64,000 bases of DNA. It comes from an uncultured Bacteroidales bacterium. GTDB lineage: Bacteria; Bacteroidota; Bacteroidia; Bacteroidales; CAIXZF01. Positions 57,620 through 64,000 of the stretch are shown here, one piece after another. The position numbers and the translations under genes were made by a program. Position 1 is the first letter of the stretch. Each line of letters starts with the position of its first letter. The notes beneath the pieces were generated by a model. It did no database searches, was not told where the DNA came from, and saw only the letters and a list, made by a program, of their open reading frames with translations. The stretch is taken from the NCBI GenBank assembly GCA_903923925.1, contig CAIXZF010000112.1:18166-82165 (forward strand), in the 5' to 3' direction.

Positions 57620-59677
57620 TTATTTTAAATTATAACGTAATCCGCCGTATATAGTTGTCCCAACAAGCGGTCCCCATACCATGGATGTATCAAAGTGAGT
57701 GTGGTAGGCTGCAAAATATTCCGTAATCGGATCCTTTTGAATGAAATTTGTTAGATTCTCACCGCCGATATAAAAATCCCAGTTTTTATATTTTTTTGTT
57801 ACTTGTGCCAGTAAATTAAACCATGGTTCTGTGTGCGTATACGTTCTGCGTATTACCAATGGCATTTTATATTGATCTGGTAAACGCATTGGCCCATTCA
57901 ATTGACCGGTAATATCGAATTTCCAAAGATCAAATTTAGTTGCATACGAAAATGTAACTAATCCTTTATATTTACTGGTAAAGGGTTTCTCACGGAGTTT
58001 GTTTCCAATAGTCATTTCTACATCATTTATACGATAGGCCAATAGCACAGATAGTTGTTTTAATGGCTCAAATGTTAACTGCATCTGAAATGAATTTGAA
58101 AATGATTTTCCATTTAAATTATAGAAAAAAACAGATTGCGGCATACTGTCCATATCAATAATTACCTGGTTTACAAAATCAGTACGGTAAAACTCAATGT
58201 CAAACTCTGACTTCCTTTTAAAAAGTTTAAAATCTTTTGTAATATTTATTCCATAATTCCATGCTTCTTCCTGTTTTAATGGCTCTGTAAACTCCAATAA
58301 GCGTTGACTGGCCATAAATGAATAATTCTCTGCGAAAATATTTGCTGTTCGGTATCCTTTTCCTGTAGAACCACGGATAGTGAAGGACTCAGTAGCCTGA
58401 TATTTGAAATTCAATCTCGGCGTATAAAATAATCCCCATTTATTATGCTGGTCTGCTCTGATTCCGGCAATTACGCTTAATACATCTTTGAAGTGAAAAG
58501 TATATTCAAAGAAAGCTCCATAAACACTTTCTGTGCGGCCAGCATTATAAATAACCTTGTAATAATCCTTTAAGGTAAACAAATCTACTAACGTGCTTCC
58601 TCCATTAAGCTGGTAAAGGTAAGTGAAGTTGGTTCTGTTATATATTTCCGAATAATCATTATTCGAATAGCTTAAGCCTGTGGTAAACTTGTGGTTTTCA
58701 TTTCCCAGGATGGATTGAAATAACATGTTTGCATTAAAACTCTGCTCAAGCCCGGTGTATTTATTAAGACCAAAAATACCAGTTTGGTCGTGCCGTATTC
58801 CCGAAACAATAATTGCCAGGCTCTTCCATGGCTTGTTGGCAAACATTAGTCCGTTTTTCCAGAATCCTTCCCATCTTTTTGTGTTAATTTGTATGCCATA
58901 CGGCTTGTAAGTTGAACCTGGCAAACCACTGGAGCTTATGCCAACAGTATCTTCTGTATAAGTGTCTTTATTATAGTTTAAAGTACCTCCGGTTCTATCT
59001 TCTGATAAATACTTCACCCCAAGTCTCGATACCCATCGGTTAGGTAAAATGTAGTCCCAACGGTTAAACAAATTAATAGTATGTACTTTGGGAATGTCTA
59101 CAAAATTGTCACCATTATTATCATTCTTCTTATCGAATCCGTCAATATGACCCAAAATCATCGTACTTAGTTTTGGGTTTATCTTATGAGATGCATTGAA
59201 GTTTGCTTCATAGCGCATCTTTGAATTTGTATAAAGATTAAAGAAAAGCTTCTCACTTGTAGCTGGTTTCTTATATTCAACATTAATCTGACCTGTAATC
59301 GATTCAAAACCATTAATTACGGAAGATGTTCCTTTTGAAACCTGAATTGATTCCATCCAGGAGCCAGGAATATAATTTAATCCAAAAGAAGCACCAAGCC
59401 CACGTACTAAGGGAACATTCTCTGAAATAATCTGTCCATATAATCCTGATAAACCAAGTAATTGAATCTGCTTTGCTCCTGTTATAGCATCACTATACGA
59501 CACATCTACCGAAGCATTTGTTTCGAAGCTCTCTGCAAGGTTGCAACAGGCAGCACGATATAATTCTCCGGTAGTAATAACCTGAACCTTACGGGCATTC
59601 ATCTTCGAAATATAGGAACCTCCATCTTTATTTTTAATGACGACTTCACCTAGTTTCTGGTTTGTAGTTGCCATCAA
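57620..59677 (-). CDS. TonB-dependent receptor (uninterrupted plug + barrel portion)
   Basis: 685-aa ORF. It has a plug region (ITTGELYRAACCNLAESFETNASVDVSYSDAITGAKQIQLLGLSG) and a long beta-barrel ending YGGLRYNLK. A strong terminator follows. The true 5-prime end lies upstream (see next feature). Confidence 0.85.
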   Translation of the reverse strand: MMATTNQKLGEVVIKNKDGGSYISKMNARKVQVITTGELYRAACCNLAESFETNASVDVSYSDAITGAKQIQLLGLSGLYGQIISENVPLVRGLGASFGLNYIPGSWMESIQVSKGTSSVINGFESITGQINVEYKKPATSEKLFFNLYTNSKMRYEANFNASHKINPKLSTMILGHIDGFDKKNDNNGDNFVDIPKVHTINLFNRWDYILPNRWVSRLGVKYLSEDRTGGTLNYNKDTYTEDTVGISSSGLPGSTYKPYGIQINTKRWEGFWKNGLMFANKPWKSLAIIVSGIRHDQTGIFGLNKYTGLEQSFNANMLFQSILGNENHKFTTGLSYSNNDYSEIYNRTNFTYLYQLNGGSTLVDLFTLKDYYKVIYNAGRTESVYGAFFEYTFHFKDVLSVIAGIRADQHNKWGLFYTPRLNFKYQATESFTIRGSTGKGYRTANIFAENYSFMASQRLLEFTEPLKQEEAWNYGINITKDFKLFKRKSEFDIEFYRTDFVNQVIIDMDSMPQSVFFYNLNGKSFSNSFQMQLTFEPLKQLSVLLAYRINDVEMTIGNKLREKPFTSKYKGLVTFSYATKFDLWKFDITGQLNGPMRLPDQYKMPLVIRRTYTHTEPWFNLLAQVTKKYKNWDFYIGGENLTNFIQKDPITEYFAAYHTHFDTSMVWGPLVGTTIYGGLRYNLK

Positions 59678-59977
59678 AACTTCAATGTTGTTTTTACCAG
59701 CAGTAACTTTTATAGTATCGCTTTGATATCCTAAAAAACTAAAGATTAACCTTTGGTCGTTAATCCCTTTTTTAGAAATTTCAAATTTCCCTTTAGCATC
59801 TGATACAGTACCTTTAGTTGTTCCTAACCAATATATACTAACTCCGGGTAATGGATTTCTATCGTTTTTTTCATCAATCTCGAATACTGAACCATTAATT
59901 GTCTGTGCATTAGTTTTAGCAACGCTTCAGAATAAAATTAGGATCAGGAGAAATACAGAAATATGTAATCTTTTCAT
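59678..59977 (-). pseudogene. 5-prime part of the same TonB-dependent receptor frame (signal peptide + CarboxypepD_reg-like domain), cut by an in-frame TGA at 59927..59929
   Basis: My translation from ATG 59977, in frame with the 57620..59677 ORF, is MKRLHISVFLLILILF*SVAKTNAQTINGSVFEIDEKNDRNPLPGVSIYWLGTTKGTVSDAKGKFEISKKGINDQRLIFSFLGYQSDTIKVTAGKNNIEVLMATTNQ. Confidence 0.7.
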
Positions 59978-60064
59978 TGTTTTTAATGTTAAGTATAAAT
60001 AATTTATGCTCGTAGCACAAAAGTGTACTACAAAATTATCTGGTAAAAGCTGCAAATTTTGTAC

Positions 60065-60526
60065 TTAACAAGTGGATGGAATACGTAATTGATGGGTAAA
60101 GAGAATAATTTCTTTACCAGATGTCCTTGGAGGACCTGCAACCGGAGGTGGTCGAAATTTAAAAATAACAATGTAATCTGTTGAATTTAAATTTAATGAT
60201 AATGCAAACAGGGGTAAAACTAATTTGGGTTGGTCTGGAACCTTTACTCCAACGTTCAATTGGAAAGGTTTTACTTTAAGATTAAGCTTGCTAAACTTGC
60301 AACAAGCAGTTTTCTTTATTGAAGATTTTGATTCAATGGAAGTTGATTTTATGTTGATGCTGGAGTAGCAACATAATTTAGAATGACTTAAATTCAGCTC
60401 AGGGTAAGAAAGATAATCTGTTTTTTTTGAACTTAGGCATTCATGCACAAGTACCGTTATTCCCATTGATCCCGACAAAACAGCCAGTACAATAGTTAAT
60501 AATAATAATTGACGTACTAATTTCAT
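60065..60526 (-). CDS. Small membrane-anchored Cys-rich protein (resembles HYC_CC_PP family)
   Basis: 153 aa with an N-terminal hydrophobic anchor. Ordered motifs follow: VLVHEC, KLCCYSS / TACCKFS, then FRPPPVAGPP and a C-terminal FTHQLRI. It lies immediately upstream of the TonB-dependent receptor. Confidence 0.5.
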   Translation of the reverse strand: MKLVRQLLLLTIVLAVLSGSMGITVLVHECLSSKKTDYLSYPELNLSHSKLCCYSSINIKSTSIESKSSIKKTACCKFSKLNLKVKPFQLNVGVKVPDQPKLVLPLFALSLNLNSTDYIVIFKFRPPPVAGPPRTSGKEIILFTHQLRIPSTC

Positions 60527-60543
60527 AAAACAGTTAAAAGCTT

Positions 60544-60576
60544 AAAAACAAAGGTACCTTATGTTTTAAGGTACCT
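60544..60576 (-). terminator. Rho-independent terminator after pepE
   Basis: The minus strand reads AGGTACCTTA AAACA TAAGGTACCT followed by TTGTTTTT, giving a perfect 10-bp stem. Confidence 0.75.
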
Positions 60577-60635
60577 CTTTGCTTGTTTAGGCTATTTTGT
60601 TAATAATTTGTTAAATGGAAAGTGAAGGGTTCACT

Positions 60636-61349
60636 TTAATGTAGCAAGAAATCAAGTTTGCTTCCAGGCATAGATTCCATTGCAATATTCCCGTGATGAA
60701 ATACTCTGCAGGCATGTTTGCCTTTTAATACTACGGAAGCTCCTTCAATTTCAAGCAATGTGCTTTCTCTTAGCCCTGCAACATAAATGTTCCTGTTAAC
60801 TTCAAGGAATTCAAGAATACGTTCTTCTCTTGTTTCTCCACCATGTCCATCCGGATGAGCATCAAGGTAATGCGGATTGATTTGGAATGGTACCAGGGAA
60901 AGACTGTCAAAACTCTCTGGTTGAATAATGGGCATGTCATTTGTAGTTTTCAGCGATGGACAGGCCACATTTGAGCCAGCACTCCATCCAATGTATGGGA
61001 GACCAGATTCTGTTCTTTCAGCAATTGCTTCCATTAATCCTGTTTTATGTAGATGATGGACAAGGTTAAATGTGTTTCCACCTCCAATAACAATAGCTTC
61101 AGCCTCAAAAACAGACTTCAATGGGGTAGGAGAGTCGTGGATAGATTCTAATTCAAACCCAAGTTTCTTAAATACTGCTCTTACCTTGTTCGAATAATTA
61201 TCCCAATTAACAGTTACTCCGGCAAACGGAATAAAAAGGACTTTTTTTACTTCATATTTATCCAGAAAATCTTTGATATAGGTTTGTGGCCAAAGAAGAT
61301 ATTCTTCTCCGGCATTCGTTGAGTTACTTATCAGCAAAAGTTTTTTCAT
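60636..61349 (-). CDS. pepE: Dipeptidase E (peptidase S51)
   Basis: 237 aa. LLLISNS, IVIGGGNTFNL and GWSAGSNV (Ser nucleophile context) are typical of PepE. Confidence 0.85.
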   Translation of the reverse strand: MKKLLLISNSTNAGEEYLLWPQTYIKDFLDKYEVKKVLFIPFAGVTVNWDNYSNKVRAVFKKLGFELESIHDSPTPLKSVFEAEAIVIGGGNTFNLVHHLHKTGLMEAIAERTESGLPYIGWSAGSNVACPSLKTTNDMPIIQPESFDSLSLVPFQINPHYLDAHPDGHGGETREERILEFLEVNRNIYVAGLRESTLLEIEGASVVLKGKHACRVFHHGNIAMESMPGSKLDFLLH

Positions 61350-63283
61350 TTTATTGAATTTAATTGTTTTAGTTCTTTGGTATAGGCATTTCTAAAAAAC
61401 ATGTACCATTTTTTATCAATCAGGTATTGTTTCTCCGCTTGTTCAGAATCTGCAAATTCAGATAAATGATCTGAATTTGCAAGCAGCTGAGCTGCTCCAA
61501 GCTGTTCATTTCTACATAGTTTTGATGGTACTCCTTGTTTTCTTAGAATATCGAGAAGTGCTAATGCTCTGTCTTTATCTTGCAGATTTATTGATAGCTC
61601 AATCGCTTTTTTCGTTAATTCTACTTTATTAATTTGAGTGATTAGTGTTTCGAAATCAGTTAACACGAATTTATCTCCACTAACATTATTTTTCTTTATA
61701 TAATTATCTAATTCAGAATAGCCTTTGAGGAATTCATCAAAATTTCCATTTAAAAGATTTTGATTTACTTGCCTTTTCATTGAATTAAATTGATAAACCG
61801 GAATGTATTTGTTTTTCAATTGTTTAAGCAGGCTATCATCTAACTCGCATAAATTTGTATTCCAATATAATTCAATAGCTTGATTCAGATATTCCTCTGA
61901 TTCAATAAACATATCGCGATTATATTGATTAATTGCCTGATTAAGAAAGTTCCCGTAGGTAGATTTAATATTAAAGCATTCCTGATTCTCAATCCTGTTT
62001 GTTAATTCTTCCATTGCAGCATTTACATCATAATCGTTTTCTAAGTATACTGAAGGTAAAGTTTTCCGAAAAAACGCACAAATAGATTTTGCACTGTCTA
62101 ACTCATTCTTCCAAACCAGAAAATATGCCTGCCTGATACTCATTAGCACTGAGTCTTTTACTTCGACTGAGGCAAAATGGATTACAGTTGTATCTATAAT
62201 TGGCTTAGGAATACTCTTTTTTACATAAACCTGAGTACTCGGTATTTGAGGCTTTATAAAATGTCGTATTCTGTTAGTTTTGATTTTAGGATTATTTATT
62301 TTAACTGTCTTTCTCGAGATGTTATGAGATTTATTTTCTTTACTTATCTCATTTTGAACTAATTTTTGATTCAAATACGTTGTCGTTTCATCTAATAAAT
62401 ATCCACAGCTGATATCCGTGATATTATCCTGATAATAAGTCTTACCTTTATTTATATACTCATTTGCTAATTCTGGCTTATTGTTTTCAATTGCCCGTTT
62501 TGCAATTTTTATGTAGGATTGAAACATCCCCCCTTTTGCAAGTTGATAATAGCGTTTCAGCGAATCGTTGCAGTTATTAACATGATGCGACTTACAGAAG
62601 AAAAATGCTTTATCAACTAAGCTTATTGCTGTAAAGTAGTCATCACTTTGCACTTTTCTATTTGCTGCCAGCAAAAAACCATTAAATACTTCGCTCTCAC
62701 ATTGTTTCCATAATGAAGCATAATAAGGATTTGAGGAAGTATCTATTTTTCTCAGAGCTTCATTAAGGTATGTCTCTGCTTCCTGTATTGTTGAAGGGGT
62801 AATACTTATTTTAACTAATTGGTACCAGGAAGGGGAATAGTCTGGTTTATAACTAGTAGATAGGTTGAAAAGCTTTTTTGCTTGAATAGTGTCAGCTAAC
62901 CCTAATCTTTCAAGTCCTTCATTATGTAGAACTAACTCAATCCTATCCATCTTCTTACCAACAGTCAGCTTCAAATCCAGCACTCTTTTACGAAGATCTT
63001 GTATAGTTCTGAATTTGAAGAGGCTATCGTCAACTGGATAAAGGTAATTTAAAGGTAATAATTTCTCGAGGCTGTCGGTATTGCGTTCAATATCAGGTAC
63101 TTGTATAAACGCTAAAGGAATATCCTCTGCTTTGTCAATTTTTAAATTTATCAGCCGGATCGAGATTTCCCTGAATAAACTATCATCAACAGTATTCTTA
63201 AAATTGCCTGATAATTGTTGCGAAAAAAGCTGAATTGTGAATAGAATAAAACTAAAACAAATAGACAGTCTTTTATTTTGCAT
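61346..63283 (-). CDS. Secreted helical-repeat protein of unknown function
   Basis: 645 aa with the signal peptide MQNKRLSICFSFILFTIQLFSQQ. The composition is helix-rich and TPR-like. Its TGA stop overlaps the pepE ATG (ATGA). Confidence 0.6.
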   Translation of the reverse strand: MQNKRLSICFSFILFTIQLFSQQLSGNFKNTVDDSLFREISIRLINLKIDKAEDIPLAFIQVPDIERNTDSLEKLLPLNYLYPVDDSLFKFRTIQDLRKRVLDLKLTVGKKMDRIELVLHNEGLERLGLADTIQAKKLFNLSTSYKPDYSPSWYQLVKISITPSTIQEAETYLNEALRKIDTSSNPYYASLWKQCESEVFNGFLLAANRKVQSDDYFTAISLVDKAFFFCKSHHVNNCNDSLKRYYQLAKGGMFQSYIKIAKRAIENNKPELANEYINKGKTYYQDNITDISCGYLLDETTTYLNQKLVQNEISKENKSHNISRKTVKINNPKIKTNRIRHFIKPQIPSTQVYVKKSIPKPIIDTTVIHFASVEVKDSVLMSIRQAYFLVWKNELDSAKSICAFFRKTLPSVYLENDYDVNAAMEELTNRIENQECFNIKSTYGNFLNQAINQYNRDMFIESEEYLNQAIELYWNTNLCELDDSLLKQLKNKYIPVYQFNSMKRQVNQNLLNGNFDEFLKGYSELDNYIKKNNVSGDKFVLTDFETLITQINKVELTKKAIELSINLQDKDRALALLDILRKQGVPSKLCRNEQLGAAQLLANSDHLSEFADSEQAEKQYLIDKKWYMFFRNAYTKELKQLNSIK

Positions 63284-63334
63284 CTGTGATCACCAGAATT
63301 TCAGGCAAGAAGAATAAATACAGGTAGGAATATC

Positions 63335-63421
63335 TGGTGCCCAAGACAAGACTCGAACTTGCACGACCTTGCGATCACTAGTCCCTGAAACTAGCGTGTC
63401 TACCGATTCCACCACTTGGGC
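63335..63421 (-). tRNA. tRNA-Leu (anticodon CAG), CCA encoded
   Basis: The reverse complement GCCCAAGTGGTGGAATCGGTAGACACGCTAGTTTCAGGGACTAGTGATCGCAAGGTCGTGCAAGTTCGAGTCTTGTCTTGGGCACCA folds as a class II tRNA. It has a 7-bp acceptor stem, the anticodon loop TTCAGGG, a long variable arm and a TTCGAGT T-loop. Confidence 0.9.
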
Positions 63422-63429
63422 CTACCAAG

Positions 63430-63513
63430 TGCCCAGGACAAGATTCGAACTTGCACACCCTAACGGGCGCCAGCCCCTCAAGCTGGTGTGTCTACCAATT
63501 CCACCACCTGGGC
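63430..63513 (-). tRNA. tRNA-Leu (anticodon GAG), no encoded CCA
   Basis: The reverse complement GCCCAGGTGGTGGAATTGGTAGACACACCAGCTTGAGGGGCTGGCGCCCGTTAGGGTGTGCAAGTTCGAATCTTGTCCTGGGCA is a class II cloverleaf with the anticodon loop TTGAGGG. It is followed by CTT rather than CCA. Confidence 0.9.
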
Positions 63514-63523
63514 AATAAGGGTG

Positions 63524-63531
63524 CAAATATA
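63524..63531 (-). promoter_or_regulatory. Candidate -7 promoter box (TAnnTTTG) for the tRNA-Leu pair
   Basis: The minus strand reads TATATTTG, 10 nt upstream of the mature 5-prime end of tRNA-Leu(GAG). Confidence 0.35.
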
Positions 63532-63546
63532 CAAAAATTCCATTAA

Positions 63547-64000
63547 TCACCTTACTTCCTTGACAGAATTAATAAAAATCTTGTATTCCCACGGTTTAAC
63601 CGTAATATACGCATCGAGAACAAGGTATGTTGGTACACCAGTAAAAACTTCAACGTAGTCTCCCTGATAGGCATATCCTCCAAGCTTAAAACTTGCCATA
63701 TTCCCTGAGAAATTGACAATTACAATTACTCTGTTTCCATTTTTTTCACGTACAAAACTTGCCAGATTTGAGTCATTTTCCTGTTTGAGCATCCGTATTG
63801 CTCCTCCATATGGCCCATTCCATAATGCGGGATTGCTTTTTTTTAACTGATTTAATTTCGTAAAGAGGAGTTTTAGCTTATCGTCTTTCCAATCAATAAT
63901 ATCTTTTTCAAAAAATGCAAGTCTTTTCCATAAGCCTGCTTCCTGCCCACTGTAAATTAACGGAATTCCGGGAAGAGTAAATGTCAGGACAATCGCTGAT
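63547..64000 (-). CDS. GH13 alpha-amylase family protein (partial; N-terminus beyond right edge)
   Basis: The frame is open to the window edge. My translation is SAIVLTFTLPGIPLIYSGQEAGLWKRLAFFEKD...NPALWNGPYGG..., a GH13 conserved region followed by a beta-sandwich C-domain ending KPWEYKIFINSVKEVR. Confidence 0.75.
   Translation of the reverse strand, partial: SAIVLTFTLPGIPLIYSGQEAGLWKRLAFFEKDIIDWKDDKLKLLFTKLNQLKKSNPALWNGPYGGAIRMLKQENDSNLASFVREKNGNRVIVIVNFSGNMASFKLGGYAYQGDYVEVFTGVPTYLVLDAYITVKPWEYKIFINSVKEVR

Noticed and set aside
59927-59929. TGA recoding (genetic code 4/25-like, or selenocysteine) as the explanation for the in-frame TGA in the receptor gene
   Set aside because: TGA clearly ends pabA (15944..15946), def (31846..31848) and the 645-aa ORF (61346..61348) at sensible C-termini. 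All other long ORFs are free of internal TGA. I see no SECIS-like hairpin directly downstream.
1-64000. Search for CRISPR arrays, transposases/integrases, prophage genes, restriction-modification, toxin-antitoxin, retron/DGR reverse transcriptases or other defence islands
   Set aside because: No spaced direct repeats were seen. None of the ORFs of 60 aa or more shows nuclease, recombinase, RT or methylase motifs. Apart from the glycan and T9SS loci, the window looks like a core chromosomal region.

Overview
AT-rich chromosomal segment that looks like Bacteroidota. Supporting signs are a PorP/SprF gene beside a cargo with a type-B T9SS sorting domain, a CarboxypepD_reg-type TonB-dependent receptor, TAnnTTTG promoter boxes, and the folP-cdaA and DUF1599/DoxX/tpiA neighbourhoods. 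I call 45 protein-coding genes: two are cut by the window edges and one is interrupted by an in-frame TGA. I also call two tandem tRNA-Leu genes, one 63-bp in-frame tandem repeat, three hairpin terminators and a few candidate -7 promoter boxes. Layout: (1) 1-8182, minus strand, a surface-glycan tailoring cluster: methyltransferase-GT2 fusion, DUF2142/GT-C-like membrane protein, AlgJ/X-like plus MBOAT O-acetylation pair, and a double GT2. (2) 8332-14028, a PepSY-like protein and a TolC/MFP/RND efflux operon. (3) 14112-17016, a small membrane protein, pabA and a fused pabB-pabC, with overlapping stop and start codons. (4) 17035-29219, a T9SS module (type-B cargo, PorP/SprF, PorE-like OmpA protein) preceded by a NapH/CcoG-like polyferredoxin and a LamG-purple-acid-phosphatase-dockerin protein. 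(5) 29236-47990, mostly housekeeping: dapD, ruvX, def, a ROK/MFS/PMI sugar operon, cdaA, folP, DUF1599, DoxX-like, an orphan ABC permease, tpiA, prmA, a 1497-aa unknown protein and plsY. (6) 48138-55983, two PorE-like TPR/PD40 paralogs flanking a TPR hybrid sensor kinase. (7) 55995-64000, DUF4301, an interrupted TonB-dependent receptor, a small Cys-rich partner, pepE, a 645-aa unknown, tRNA-Leu x2 and a GH13 fragment. I found no transposase, integrase, phage gene, CRISPR array, restriction or toxin-antitoxin gene, or other recognisable defence gene. The best candidate for something undescribed is the sensor kinase bracketed by PorE-like envelope proteins with swapped peptidoglycan-binding ends. 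Next are the polyferredoxin with a triple ferredoxin-like tail next to the T9SS module, the 1497-aa orphan protein, and the TGA-interrupted receptor with its HYC_CC_PP-like partner. None can be shown to be a novel system from sequence alone. All family assignments come from motif recognition by eye, not from searches.
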